Positions 38,691 to 52,382 of a stretch of 53,642 nt of DNA are shown piece by piece. The notes beneath the pieces were generated by a model, which was not told the origin of the DNA, did no database searches, and saw only the letters and a list, made by a program, of their open reading frames with translations. This DNA comes from Welwitschia mirabilis. Its lineage: Eukaryota. The translations under genes were made by a program, and so were the position numbers. Where the stretch lies: the NCBI GenBank assembly GCA_051453625.1, contig JBOZIK010000001.1:45999428-46053069 (forward strand), read 5' to 3'. Numbering within the stretch: position 1 is the stretch's first letter; every line of letters starts with the position of its first letter.

Positions 38691-39331
38691 AAAGATATAA
38701 AAATTGAATGCAAACACAATGAGGAATAAGTGATGCATGTGCGGATGTAGTTTATAATGACCTAGAAAGAAAAATTAGTACAAAATAAAATGTGCAATAC
38801 ATAACTAAACTAGAAAATATGAGACACAAACTAATGTAAAAGAAAAGACTAAAAATAAAAATTACTCTTTAATTATAATGACTTAAATATTTTGAATCTG
38901 AGAAGTATGCTATACAAATGATTAAGAAATTACTTAAAAAAATGAAATGTGATGTCTTAAAAATGACAAAATGGATGATGAATATGTATTAGTTATTTTT
39001 TGTGAGTTATTGATAAAGACTCAAAATACTAGAAAAACTAGAAATGAACTATAGAGTGTCTCAATCAAATGTAGTTTAACTTATACAAAATAAGTTATGG
39101 AACTAGTTAGGAAAGTCAATAATGTATGCTCTATCAAGAGTTATGTCTTAAATATTATGTTTCAAAGCCTTAAAACCAAACTAAAACATTTGCAACTATG
39201 TGTTAATTTAAAATAAAAATCAAATTAACAGATTTATATTTGACTTCTCATTAAGTTAAGAAATAACTACAATAAGAAAAAAATGCAATTATAATATAGC
39301 TATAAAGACTAAAAAATTATAAGTAGATAAG

Positions 39332-39404
39332 GGTGTGTGAGTGAGTGAGTGAGTGTGTGAGAGAGAGAGAGAGAGTGTGTGTGTGTGTGTGTGTGTGAGT
39401 GTGT

Positions 39405-39458
<54 letters not shown>

Positions 39459-39595
39459 AATAGAAAAAGAAAANNNNNNNNNNNNNNNNNNNNNNNNNNN
39501 NNNNNNNNNNNNNNNNNNNNNNNNNNNNNNNNNNNNNNNNNNNNNNNNNNNNNNNNNNNNNNNNNNNNNNNNNAAGAGAGAAAGAGAGAGAGAGA
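39332..39595. repeat. Compound (GT)n/(GA)n/(GTGA)n microsatellite spanning an N-gap
   Basis: Read directly; it explains ORFs 39289-39626. Confidence 0.95.
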
Positions 39596-40403
39596 TTCAA
39601 CTCATGGATATTTTATGAGAAATTAATCTTTTATACTTTTGATCTATCTCTTCTTGCTTCTTTCATATCTCCTTTTGCTTTTGACAATCTTTTTCATTGT
39701 TTCTCATAGCGTATTATCTAATCTTTTAACATTTAAGGACTTCCTTCAAAAAGGTATCACTTGAAGTAGTGGAGAAATAACAAGGATTAGTGAAAGAAGG
39801 AATGAAAAAAGGTTGGAAAAGAGGGAGTATGAAAGGATTCACAAATAGAAGATTTTCTCTTTATTCTTGTGATGGGTGCAGAGAAGGGAGAGGAAGGAGG
39901 TTGAGGAGGAGAAGAAGTTCTATAAAAATTTTCTTCTTCTTCTTAGATCTCTTGAAGGCTACTTGGAATCCAATATTGATTCTAATGCTTGCNNNNNNNN
40001 NNNNNNNNNNNNNNNNNNNNNNNNNNNNNNNNNNNNNNNNNNNNNNNNNNNNNNNNNNNNNNNNNNNNNNNNNNNNNNNNNNNNNNNNNNNNNNNNNNNN
40101 NNNNNNNNNNNNNNNTACTATTATGGCCATGTTATTTTCTATATTGGTAAAAAGGCATTTAGCTATGTCAAAGGGCTTACTATTCTAGATGATCCTAATC
40201 ATACCAAGATTACTATTATATGCATCAGTTATATATGATATGAGTAAACATTTTGAATGATAAATTTAAAAAGTACTAGGTGATTCTTATAAAGGTATTT
40301 GCAAGGTAAGACTCCTTTCTATTTGGTGCATGTTAAACATTCAGTGTAACACAATACTAACCAAGGGAATTGGTAAGCATATGAGATAAATTATCATGGT
40401 GTT

Positions 40404-43400
40404 TGTTGCGGTGGGTATTTTTGCAATCTTTATGTTTCANNNNNNNNNNNNNNNNNNNNNNNNNNNNNNNNNNNNNNNNNNNNNNNNNNNNNNNNNNNNN
40501 NNNNNNNNNNNNNNNNNNNNNNNNNNNNNNNNNNNNNNNNNNNNNNNNNNNNNNNNNNNNNNNNNNNNNNNNNNNNNNNNNNNNNNNNNNGCAAGAGAAG
40601 ATAGAAAATTAATTTCCAAAGAAATACTATATCCTCACTTAAGAATCAATGTAAGGAAATAAATATGCAAGGCAATGCAAATGCAACTAAACCTAAATGA
40701 ACACCTATTTGAGTATCAAATTGATGTGTCAAGAAGATTGACCCTGTACAACCTAGATTAGTCAGGGAGACTATTACCGACTAAGATTAACTTAGGCTAT
40801 TAAGTGAGTCAAATAACTGTGATGCATAAATTATTATAAACTACTTTTGTCAACCTTAATAAAGGTTATCATTAAGACCTATATTGCTAATAAAACTATT
40901 ACTAAATTAAGAACAACCTAAATCATAAGAGAAATATAACAAAATTAAAATCACAAAAGAAAACAAATTTTATATTAGTGATTAAACTAGCATCTGGATT
41001 ACAAAGCAGCCACATCTTAATGGAGGATGCTCAGGCCAATACCAAGGAACACGTCTCTGTACAACTCACAAGATGGATCTCTTACCCTTAAATCTCCTAT
41101 CACGAGAATGTTTGATGTCAATGAAGATGGATAGGAGAGTCAAAGAAGGGTCTTATTTATAAGGCAAAGAAGTTGAAACTGTCACTCAAAATGCACTTAA
41201 AAAACATGCTCAAATCATAGAAAGAAATGGATGAAAGGAATGAAAGTTGGCTGGCCATTTTAGGTGTCATTCTAACTGTCATGGAGATGACCAAATGGAT
41301 GATGGTTCATACATTATGATTTGTCATCCTTCATGTCATGGNNNNNNNNNNTCTAATCAACATCCTATTTTGGCATGTGTGGGGTCATTGTCCTGTCTAT
41401 CATGGGGACATCAGTGGGAATGACAATCCTCCTTATCTTTTTAATTCAAGAGAAATTAGCTATAGCATTAGCGATCTTCTTTCAAAGTAGTGAACATAAA
41501 AAAGTGCCTAAAATGCCTCTGAATATGCTAAGAATTGCATGTTTTTGTGATCATTCATCAATTCTTCATAATCCTCATAACTGCATCTAAACTTGTATAA
41601 ATGTCCTACAAAATAGCTCATTACACTCCATTAAATACATATAATTTGGCATTACATCATAGCCCCCAACTTAACCTTCATTATTTCTTGATAAAAACCA
41701 AGTGAACAACTATAATTATGAGCCAAATTATCTTTTAAAAAATCAATTTGGAAATTATAAAATAGGCTCATAAATAATTTTAAATACATCACCTAGAAAA
41801 ATAACATGTAATGCGTCATGTGTATGGAGTGAAAATTTCAAAAATTATATCTCATGAAAGCTCTAGTGTAGAAATTATAAAAAATAAGTCTTGAAAATGA
41901 GTCCTAACCCCTCCAAAGAAAAATAATACATCTCGTATTAGCTAATGAAGCAAAGAAATCAAATGAATCCAATATGTCAAAATGATAAGGTGGACAATGG
42001 ATATTTTTGAAAGTTTAACATTTGAGAAATTGAGTACAAAGCTAATTGTTAGATTTAAAAAATAGATATATATGAAGTATTCTAACAAGCATGAAAAAAG
42101 TAGATAACGAAAATGTGCTAGTTAGGATGAAGAATATTTTGTGACTGCCCAACAAATGTGCCTTCATAAAAATTATTATAAACATTGTTTAGAACTACAA
42201 AAAGAATAAAAATAAATAACACAAAATTTGCAAAGAAACTCATCTAATCAAGAAATTAACTCTTTATTAAAAACTAGGCAAGAAAATAATTATATGTTAA
42301 GGTCCTAATATGCTAAAAAAAACTAAAATGACTTTAAAATACCTAATTAAACAACAAAATAAAACAAAAATAATGGACATAAGGAATATAAAGAAGATAA
42401 CCTACCTACCCTAAATTTTTAACCTAGTAGGCTATCATGGAAGAAATCAAAACATCACTTGATTGAAATGCATGACTAAATGTATAAATATATAAAATTC
42501 CATTTGATAAGATAGTGGTTATGATGATGCTAAAAATCAAATTACTTAAATAATAAGTGATAAGATTAAAGAGTTGCTCAAAAATAAACTCACCTACTTA
42601 CACCTCAAAACAAACACATGAATCCTTAGAAATGAAATGATCATGTGGAAAGACTAGGAACATCACTGATCTCATAGCCTCTAAGTTCTTTTATTATTTT
42701 ATTATCTAACTATCCATGATAAGAGGAGTGAAAACACAATTAGAGAAGTAATGACCTATGAAGCATGATGAACTGACCTCCTAGTGGAGTTCCCATAGCT
42801 ACCATATTACACTGCCAAAGGCCCCTCTTGAGAAAATTTGCCCCAGTGTACTTATGGTAGGATATCATGGTGATCATGTTTTTGAGCTATATAAAACATC
42901 ATGATCTTATTTCACTTACTCTCTCTTTTTTCCCCTTCCTTTTATAAAAGAAAAATTCCACATGATCAAATACTCTAAAAGATGAAGGCAAAGTAATAAG
43001 ATAAAAGACAGAAAAAAACATCCTTAAACAATCTAAGACCTTCTCATCATTAAGAAAAACATTAGAAATAAAGAATATTCCTTTAAGACAAAGTTTATAG
43101 ATATGTGAATGTCTTAAGATTGGGTGAATCTAATCTTATCACTACAAAATGTCCAAGTACAAAGACTTGTCATGGAAATAAAATAAATATGTAAGTCATG
43201 TTTGAAATATGATCAAGTAATATCATAATGGCCTCCAAAGGAATAATCTAAGAGAAAATTCAAATAATGATAGGGAAGAAGCTCTCTTCATTGAGGGGAA
43301 CCTCCAAGGGTAGTGCTTCTATCATGTTTATATCAAAAGGTTGCTCGTATGTTTTTAACCTTTGCCCATTAACTTTTTGAATTTCTTTATTGATTAAATC

Positions 43401-46400
43401 AAAAATCTGAACATAGCCACTAGAATGTACTTCCTTAAAGATAAGGGTCCCATCATTTTGAGATTAATTTTTTGCTTAAAAAAAAAACCAAAGATAAAAG
43501 CACAACAACCATAAAATAAAAATCAAATACCAAAGCCAAAAAAGAAAAAAATTTAATTTTATTCAAATGCTAAAATCTATTCAACAATTTTATTGAAAAG
43601 AAAGAAAGTTTATTCAAAGGTTGTGGTCTTAGGATATTACAGTCTTTTAGTGAAATAGTAACCAAACCAAATATTCACCAATTGATAAAACATAAAAGTT
43701 ATACAATCAATTTTTAGTAAAATTAATTGGAGGAATAGAGAGTAGAAAGATAAAACTTTGATAGCACAAAGTTTAGAATTCAAATAAGAGATAAAGATGT
43801 GATAAATTTCATTAAAAAATAATCTCTTATAAAGAAATTATGAATCATGAGTATCATTATAAAATTCATGCAAGGAGGTACTCAAAGAAAGTATCAAAGA
43901 AGATTTTAAGGGCTCTTTAAAATGTTTGGTAAGATTAAGAAGTTTTCTATTATTTAATTCAAGATATGGATTTTCATTAAAGATATGAGACTATTTCCAA
44001 TTATGTAACTACATGACATTTTATCTCCACAAGATTTAGTAGTAATACAAGATAAAAAATTCATATAACTCAGGGAAAAATAATCTCTTATCAAACTTGT
44101 GATATAAAAGATTTGGAACATAAATTGCATTTAAAGCTTGATATTGAATATGAGAGACATTACTAGTATAATTTGGAACCTAAGGCCTTGAAATAAACTT
44201 AATAGGTTGAGTGATTAAGATAGGTTTAACATATCTAAGAATCTCCTTAACATTAATTCTAAGCATGAATTTGGATCAAGAAGATAAGGTTTACCCTAAT
44301 TTAGAGTTCCAATACATTTCAAATCTTGTTTTTGAAAAGGGTAATCATTAAAAGCACAAGGTAGAGTTAACTTTGCAAAAGAGAAAAAGATGTTACTTTT
44401 TGTAGCACATGAAGTTTTAAAAGGAAAATATTGAGAGATTTTTGAAGTACACTCCTCAGATTATGTGTTTCATTAATTTCAAGAACAGGGATGTGATTTG
44501 AAAAAAAATGTCCAAAAGGAATAAAGGAAGAAAGGTTATCATTTTTAAGATTACAAGATAATGTAGAAGTAGAAGTAGAATGAGGGATGTCATTTGAGGT
44601 TTTATATCGAAGCACAAGTGAAAGAGATGGAAAAACATGTAGAGACTCTTTGAGTTGGTTTTTTTTTCATTAAAAGGTATAAGTCTATTATCCATTAAGT
44701 TTATTTGATTTTCCATTGATTTTTCTTTATTCCTCTCCTTATCATTATTGACTTCTTCATCACTTAGTTGGACACTCTCTTTACTTTCTCCATTATGTTT
44801 TTTGATCATATCTCCATCTTATTAATTATCTTTATTAATATCATTAACTATTTCTTGCTCTTCTTTATTATTGTTTTGTTGAGGATTATTTTTCTTTTCT
44901 AAGTTGGTGGATTCGTGAAAAATATCATTAAAAAGATTATAGAAAAAAAGTTCTCAATGTCTGCATTATGTAATGGAAGATTTTTTGATATTTCTTGAAT
45001 TAACTCTTTTTTCTCTTTGTTGAATAACTTTATTAATTCTAAACTGTAATCCTCATTTTTAGTTCTTAAATTACTATTACTGACCATTGTTTGAGACTGT
45101 TATTTGGATGATAGGAGTGGATGACTCCCTTTATAATGTAAATTCTTCATTGATTTTGTTTCATTATTTAAATTCTCCCTTAATCTCATATATTAAACTT
45201 ATTTTAAAGGTTGAAATTCTTCATCCTTATTACAAAGTAAGTAAAAAATAGACACATGATCTAACATTTCAATATCATCATTATCTTCTTCTTCATCATT
45301 CTCATCATCTTGTTGCACGTTATTATTTTTTAATTCATTAGATTCATTAGGAAGAAGAGATGCAATCATTATGTCTATCATGGATTAAAGAATTTTTAAA
45401 TTTTTCATAAGTGAGTTCTTCATCTGGATTTTTTAATATTAAATAAATTCCAAAGATATAATCTAATACCTTAATATCATCATCTAATAAATGGTCATCC
45501 TCATCCCTATTGGCAAAATATTGAGTTGAGTTATTATTGTCTTCCCTTTGCGCATCTCCTAATAAGTAGGATGTTGAACTTTGACTTGAAATATTTTATT
45601 TTTTTAAAAGAAAGAATCATTATCATTTGTTCCTAATTTCTCCTCATTTTCCTCAAGATAGGATGAAATAAGATAGGTTTGAGGATGTTTTATTATAAGA
45701 AAACCTTAATTTTGTAATAGTATTTGTTATAAGTTTTAATCAAATTTTCTAGTTTGTTGTTAAAATTTTTTAGGATTTTGTTGGAATTTTCTAGTCTTTT
45801 ATTCATTTTATCAATCATTCCTTTCATTGGATCATTTTCCTCTTCATATTAGTTAATGTGATATCGTTCTTCTTCATAGTAATTAATGGGAGATAGATAG
45901 GATTGATAAAAATTATTGTAAGAAGTTTGTCTAAATGAGGTGGAGTCCCTAAAATATGAAAAATTCTAATTGTCATTTCTATATAGGACTTGAAAAGAAG
46001 ATGGGAAAAAATAAGATGGTTGAAATGAGGAAGGGGTCCAATTCCTATTTTCAACATTATTTTATATTGTTCTTTCTCTTTTTGCAAAAATTTATCCAAG
46101 GGTTTTCTTACTATTGTCCTTTGAAATTTTTAAGTTTCTTCTCCTTTTAGTAAGAATCTCCCCAAGGGTCCTTTCATGTCTAGTCATTGAAGNNNNNNNN
46201 NNAGAATCTAATTCAAGATGAAGATAAGTACATAGTAAAGGTTGAGTTCTACTTTCTTTGATGTTTTATCAAAATTGTCTAAATTCTTAACACTCACAAG
46301 ATGTGTAATGGCTATTATTATCTTCTAAAAATTTTCTTTCAAGGAATTAGGTTCAAGGAGGAAAAAAAAACTTGGAAGAGATATTATATGCACCTAGAGA

Positions 46401-48346
46401 TTATGTTCTCGATTCTATTTTGAAATTAACTAATCCTTCTCTGATACTTTCTTCTATTAGTAGCCTTTCTCTCTAGTATTTCTTTTCTGGATCGACCATA
46501 TCATAGCATCATTCAAATAGAAAAGAATAGAAAATAAAATAAAAAATAATCATTCTTCTAGTTGTGGGGATGATAGAGAGGATGCTGAATACAGAAACCA
46601 AAAACAAAAATTAGAAATTTAGTAGAAAGCCAAAAGCCAAAAATAGACATAAAGACTGTCATCCTTCTAGTCATGTGGATGATACAGGGGATAATGAAAA
46701 CTAATTATTACTATACTAAATAATCTAAAAATAAAAAGCCAAAAATAAAATTAGATCCATCATCTACCTTATCGTGGGAATGATGAAGAAGATGATAGTT
46801 ATTTAACTAATGAAATAAAAACCAAAAGAAAGATTTACAAACAAAAAGTAAATAGAAATAAATATATGTTATTGTTCTGAATGTCATGAGGATAAAAGAG
46901 GGAATGATAGATTATTATTAAAAAAATGGAAAAAGTAAAAAATTACAAACTAAAAACCTATAATTTCTAAATAAAAATATAACATCGCTATGACCAAATA
47001 TTTGAATCAAAATCTGATTTACTCACTTGAGTGATGATAATCCTCATGCTCCATAGTAGCCTTCCTTGGTAACGACACCAAAATGTTGTGGTGTATATTT
47101 TTGCAATCATTTATGTCTCACTAAATCTTATTAATTTTTATATATATATATATATATATGTTGTAAAATATAACACACTAGTATAGATGAAAGTGACCTA
47201 AATGTCATAAACCCATTGAAAGCATGTGAGAGAAGATAGAGAATTGATTTCCAAAGAAATATGGTATCCTAACTTAAGAATCAATGTAAGGAAATAAATA
47301 TGAAAGGTGATGCAAATGCAGCTAAACCTAAATAAACACTTGTCTAAGTACTAAGTTGACATGTTAAAAAGATTAGCCCTGTATAACCTAGACTAGTTAG
47401 GAAAATTATCACTGACTAAGATCAACTTAGGCTATCAAATGAGTTAAATAAATGTAATGTAGAAATGATTTTAAACTACTTTCATCAATCTTAATAAAGG
47501 TTGCCCTTGAAACCTATATCATTAATGAACCCATTATCAAATTAAGAATAACATAAACCATAAGGAAAATATAACAGAATTAAATGAATAAAAGAAAATA
47601 GAGTTTATATTAATAATAAAACCAGCATTGAGGTTACAAAATAGCTACACATCCATGGAGGTTGCATAACCCAAAACCCAGAAAGACGTCTCTTTGTAAC
47701 TCACAAGATGGNNNNNNNNNNATGGACCTCTCACATCTCGGTTTCGTATCACGAGAATATCTAGTGCTAATAAAGATGGATAGGAGAGTTGAAAAGGGGT
47801 ATTATTTATAGGTTGAAGAAAGCGAAACCGTCACTCAAAATGCACTTGAAAAACACACTCAAATTAGAGAAAGAAATGGATGAAAATCTGCTTGTTATTT
47901 TAGCTGTCATTTTAACTGTCATGGGGATGACCAAAGGGATAATGGTTCATACATTATGATTTGTCTTCCTTTATGTCATGGAAACGACATGGAGGATGAC
48001 ACCCTTAAAAAAGAGGCTTTCAATGGTTCTAGCTCTAGTTAAGTCAGCATCCTATTTTGGCATGTGTGGGGCTATCATCCTATCTATTATGGAGATGACA
48101 GTGGAGATGATAGTTATCCTTATCTTTCCAACTTAAAATAAATTGGTTGTAGCATTATTGATCTTCTTCCAAAGCAGTGAGCATCAGAAAGTGCTTAAAA
48201 TGCCTCTGAATATGCTAAGAATTATGTGTTTATGTGATCATCCATAAATTCTCCATAATCCTTATAATTGCATCTAAACCTATATAAACATTTTGCAAAA
48301 TAGCTCATAACACCCTATCAAATACATACAATTTGGTAGCATATCA
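40404..48346 (-). mobile_element. Structurally complete, RT-less Athila-like LTR retrotransposon with 5-bp TSD GTGTT
   Basis: LTRs 40404-41659 and 47084-48346 (TGTTG...ATCA). TSD GTGTT at 40399-40403 and 48347-48351. PBS 47063-47080 (minus TGGTGTCGTTACCAAGGA). PPT ~41660-41675 (minus AAGTTGGGGGCTA). Integrase C-terminal remnant 'KEVHSSGYVQIFDLINKEIQKVNGQRLKTYE' at ~43345-43440. Confidence 0.92.
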
Positions 48347-51300
48347 GTGTTTAATTCTTATTAGGGCTTCTACATCATTAAGAGAAATAACAAAGAAAGT
48401 ATGATGAATAGAAGAATGGATTACCTAAGGGTTATCTTTATTTATTATTATAGTCTTGTAGAACTTTAAAACTACCTTTTAAAAGTAATAAGTATTATTT
48501 TCCTTTAACAAATAGTTCCAATTCATTGCTTCAATTTTATCAAGATAGAAGGGTGCAAATAAAGTATGAAAAGAGGTAAAAATTCCTTCCTCCAAACATG
48601 CTCCAGCTGTTCCACTCATAATGGCCTAAATAACAAAATAAAAGAAAGAAAAAGAAATGAAAATGGAAGAGAGATAAAGGGAAGTTAAGGAAGTAAAAGA
48701 TGAATTAGAAAGAAAAAATTAATTTATATTTAACAATAGGCTTATCTATTCATAAAGAAATAAGAGGATGCTAAAATAAAGTCACAATAAGAAGTTTAAT
48801 ACACTAAGAAAAAGATAATCAATAATGTTAATGAAGGTAAAAAGTAATAGCAGTAGAGTGTGAATACATGGATTAAATGAAGAAGAGGATGATTGTAGCA
48901 GCATAAGAGTCACAAAAAATGTAAGTACTTGATGCAGGTGGGTTAAAAATCATGGGTTTATATAGAAAGTGGGTAAATTTAAACTGTTAGATAACTATAT
49001 TTCATCAATGATTTAGATCAACTTCACCTTATATTTAGACATGGATGGATGAGTTAAATCATAGAAAATGTGATGTGCTTCTTGGTGTGATTTGTTATAA
49101 AAGGAAAAACAAAGGAATATGCTTGATATGGATGATGAAAATGAGTGTTATATAGATGAAATGGATGAATGAAATGGTAAACCCTACTATACATCTTATG
49201 AATAAATAAGACATGATATATGCAAGATAATATTCTTATTTATTTACATAATTTTTGATGGATCCTTTACCAAAACAAAGAAAAGTATTAAATAGTTGAT
49301 TATTAGAAATTTACAAGTAACTAAAGAATCTCAGGTATAATTTGATAGAAAAAGCAAACAAAATATATCTCAAATTCTATCTTAATTTTATTCCATTTCC
49401 CTTACTCTTTCATGGACATCCAAGTTTCAAGTATTTGATCATATTAAGCATTCAATGTTATGATACTTATTTCTAATACATTTAATGTGTTGTATAAGGA
49501 GGATTTAATGCTAATTCCCAGTGAGTATTTATAACCCTAATATAAATAAATGTATCATAAATAGATTATTAGAGATAAAGTTTTAATAGATCTCCATATT
49601 CCTAATTTAATTAACTAAACCAAATAGAAATGATCATAAAAATATGCTAAAAGAGCTTCATGATTTTTCTTAATTTGATTTACTCTTATTATTATTTTCT
49701 TTTCATATTAATAGTGCATGAAATGAGGGCATTAGATTATTAACCTAATAGAAAAATGACCTCTCCCATGAATACTTTAAACAAAAAACACCACGAAAGA
49801 AGAAAACTTACATTTTTCCTTGGTTCTAAATTAGATATCTCTAAATGCATGTAAGTCTTAATAAAAAACTAAAAAATTCAAAGGACTAGCTAATGAACAA
49901 GTAAAAACCTATAAAATCTCAACTAAGCCATGAAAAGATAATAGATCTCTTTATTCACGGATTAAGGAAGAGACCATTAATCAGAATCTATGAGTCTCAT
50001 GAACTCATAAGATGATGGAAGAGGTAGATGAAATGTAGGTAATGAAGGATTACATGAAGGTGATTTAGATGAGTAAAAATGACTAAAGTGTGAAAAAGAT
50101 GAATAATTATGGCTAGGAGTTTTTATAAAAGAAGCATCCTTAAACATATTTTGGCTTTCCCTAGCTTAATCTAAATATCCTAAAGCTAGAGTAGGTAAGT
50201 TCAATTTAAAATCATTTGATAAAATCAAGTTAGGTTCATAAGAAGGTGTTCACTCATCAATAATAAGGACAAATTTAAAGTATTAGAATTTTCACACTCA
50301 AAAGGATAAAATGGGTAATCAAGTAAAAAATGAGGCCTAGAAATGTTCTCATGACAATATTCCACACATGTGTTAAAAAACTCAAAGATGGTATGGGGAG
50401 AAATACTCATTAGGTTAAAACATTCTAGGTAATAAGAGGACCATTTTATTTCTTTCTCTTGCTTAATTAATAATTCTTATAAAATATTTTTTCTAGATGA
50501 AGACATGAATAATTAGAAATCAAACAATGAGAGTGGTTATCATTAAAAATATATCTTAAATCCTTAAGAGGTAAGTCTATATGAAAAAAAAGGATCATTT
50601 TTAAGATTAACATATGAATCACAATCAAATGAAGATAGAGAAAGAGGGAAAATGTTTGTCTCGTAGGAAGGAGAATCAAGATCATTGAGGCTCTTAATAA
50701 ACTTAACTCCTCCTAAATTATTAAGTTGCTTTATTGTATTAAAGATATAACTTAGTAGTTATATTATCAAATTAAATATTCAGAAGATCATTTATACAAT
50801 TGATTAGAGCATTAGAAGTAGTAAGAAAAGGCCTCCTCAAGATGACAGAAATGATATAACTTCTAATTTTTTTCCATCTCCAAAACTATAAAATCCATAA
50901 GAAAGAAATAATTTTTTACTTGAAAAATCATATCCTCTACTATGCCTAAAGCACTTTCAAATAGTTATCAGCTAATTGTAATTAAAGTTTGATACTTTTA
51001 AGATTATTTAAATCAAATTTTTTCAAGACCCTACAGGGTAAAAGATTAATACTACCTTTAAGATCTAATAAGAATTATTAAAAGCTTGCATTTCCAATAG
51101 TAATGGCTATGGTGGAGCATCCTGGATTTTTGTATTTTGGGGATATTTAGTTTTGAATGATGACACTAATTTGTTAAGTGTTTACATGTAAAATTGACAT
51201 TATAAGCAAGTATAATTAATTAATTTAGCATAAAGATAAATATTAAGCTCATGATTTTATCACAAATTAATGTTTTCTATCCTTTCTATTACTTTTACAT

Positions 51301-51449
51301 GAAATTATAGGCTTCCCTTAACATGAGAAGGTATATTATGGCCTTTGGAAAAACTATGCACAAACTAATCAAATTCTAGTACCAAATGTCAGGCTTCGGC
51401 AGCCAAAACTATTGATGCCATCATATTTTTTTGGAAAGCTACTATAAAA

Positions 51450-52035
51450 CTCAAATTTCTAAATCTATTTTGGAAAATAATCAACATCACACATGTGGAC
51501 TAAGTTATAATTAATCCTAAATAAATATTCAAACTTAATGATACATGGTGGAAGTATAAAACAACATGTCCCAGTGATATGTACTGACAATAAGGATGAT
51601 CACCTTGAAGAAACATAACATGGCATTTGTTGGTATAATCATTATAAGTTAAAAGATACATCATCATCATCTTCTTTACATTAGTAGATAAAGTAATCCT
51701 CTTTATGGCTACATGCCAAATATTTATAACTTCCTCCTTATGTAACTACCCTTAAGTAATCCCACTTATGTAATTGTCACCTGATGTAATCATAACTTAA
51801 ACTCCAAGTCTTATATCGTCTATAAAAGAGTCTTGAATACCCATTGTAAATATCGTTTCATTGGAATGTGGAGAATACATAAAGGGATGAAATGATCTAA
51901 GGCTAGTTGAGGAGTATTTCTTTTTTACCCTTCTCCAATGATGTAATACATATTTATTTCAAATTTTAATAAAGAATTGCTTTGAACCCTTTAATTGTCA
52001 TTGCACATTTCAATTGGCACTAGCAATATGTAGGT
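51450..52035 (+). mobile_element. Possible Tat-like LTR with PBS
   Basis: CTATAAAAG (~51820), AATAAA (~51968), then ...TTTCA-AT-TGGCACTAGC (~52012-52024), which is PBS-like; short TTATGTAA repeats at 51735-51790. Confidence 0.35.
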
Positions 52036-52382
52036 AGGACTAGCTTTTTAGTAGGTTTCATTATTTCATTTTTATTGCACAGAAATAGGTATTAGTAATT
52101 TTTAGATAAAGCTTACTTAATTATCAAGTTCTTTTAAACTATGTGAGTTATTTGAGGTTACTTTTATAGTTCCTATTATTTGAGGAATCTTATGCACTGC
52201 ATATCAATTTTTTTATGCTTATAAAAGGCTATGAAGTATCAATAGAACTAGATAATTACTAACACTCAAGTGTTAGATGAGATTATGCCTCCATTTTTAA
52301 TGAATTAATAATTTAGTTTATATTTTAGGTTATAAGAATCAATGGAGAAAAAGTGGAAAATTGGGCATATTGATTAGACCCT

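Larger units (their letters stand above)
5384..47721. other. Eight assembly gaps (N runs)
   Basis: 5384-5483, 29226-29325, 39474-39573, 39993-40115, 40440-40590, 41342-41351, 46193-46202, 47712-47721. Confidence 0.98.

Noticed and set aside
39289..40662. ORFs with ER/SL repeats or X runs
   Set aside because: Artefacts of the microsatellite and N-gaps.
51373..51400. TTCTAGTACCA followed by TG as a Met-PBS of another minus-strand element
   Set aside because: The match is weak and I could not read a convincing gag motif in 50700-51350.
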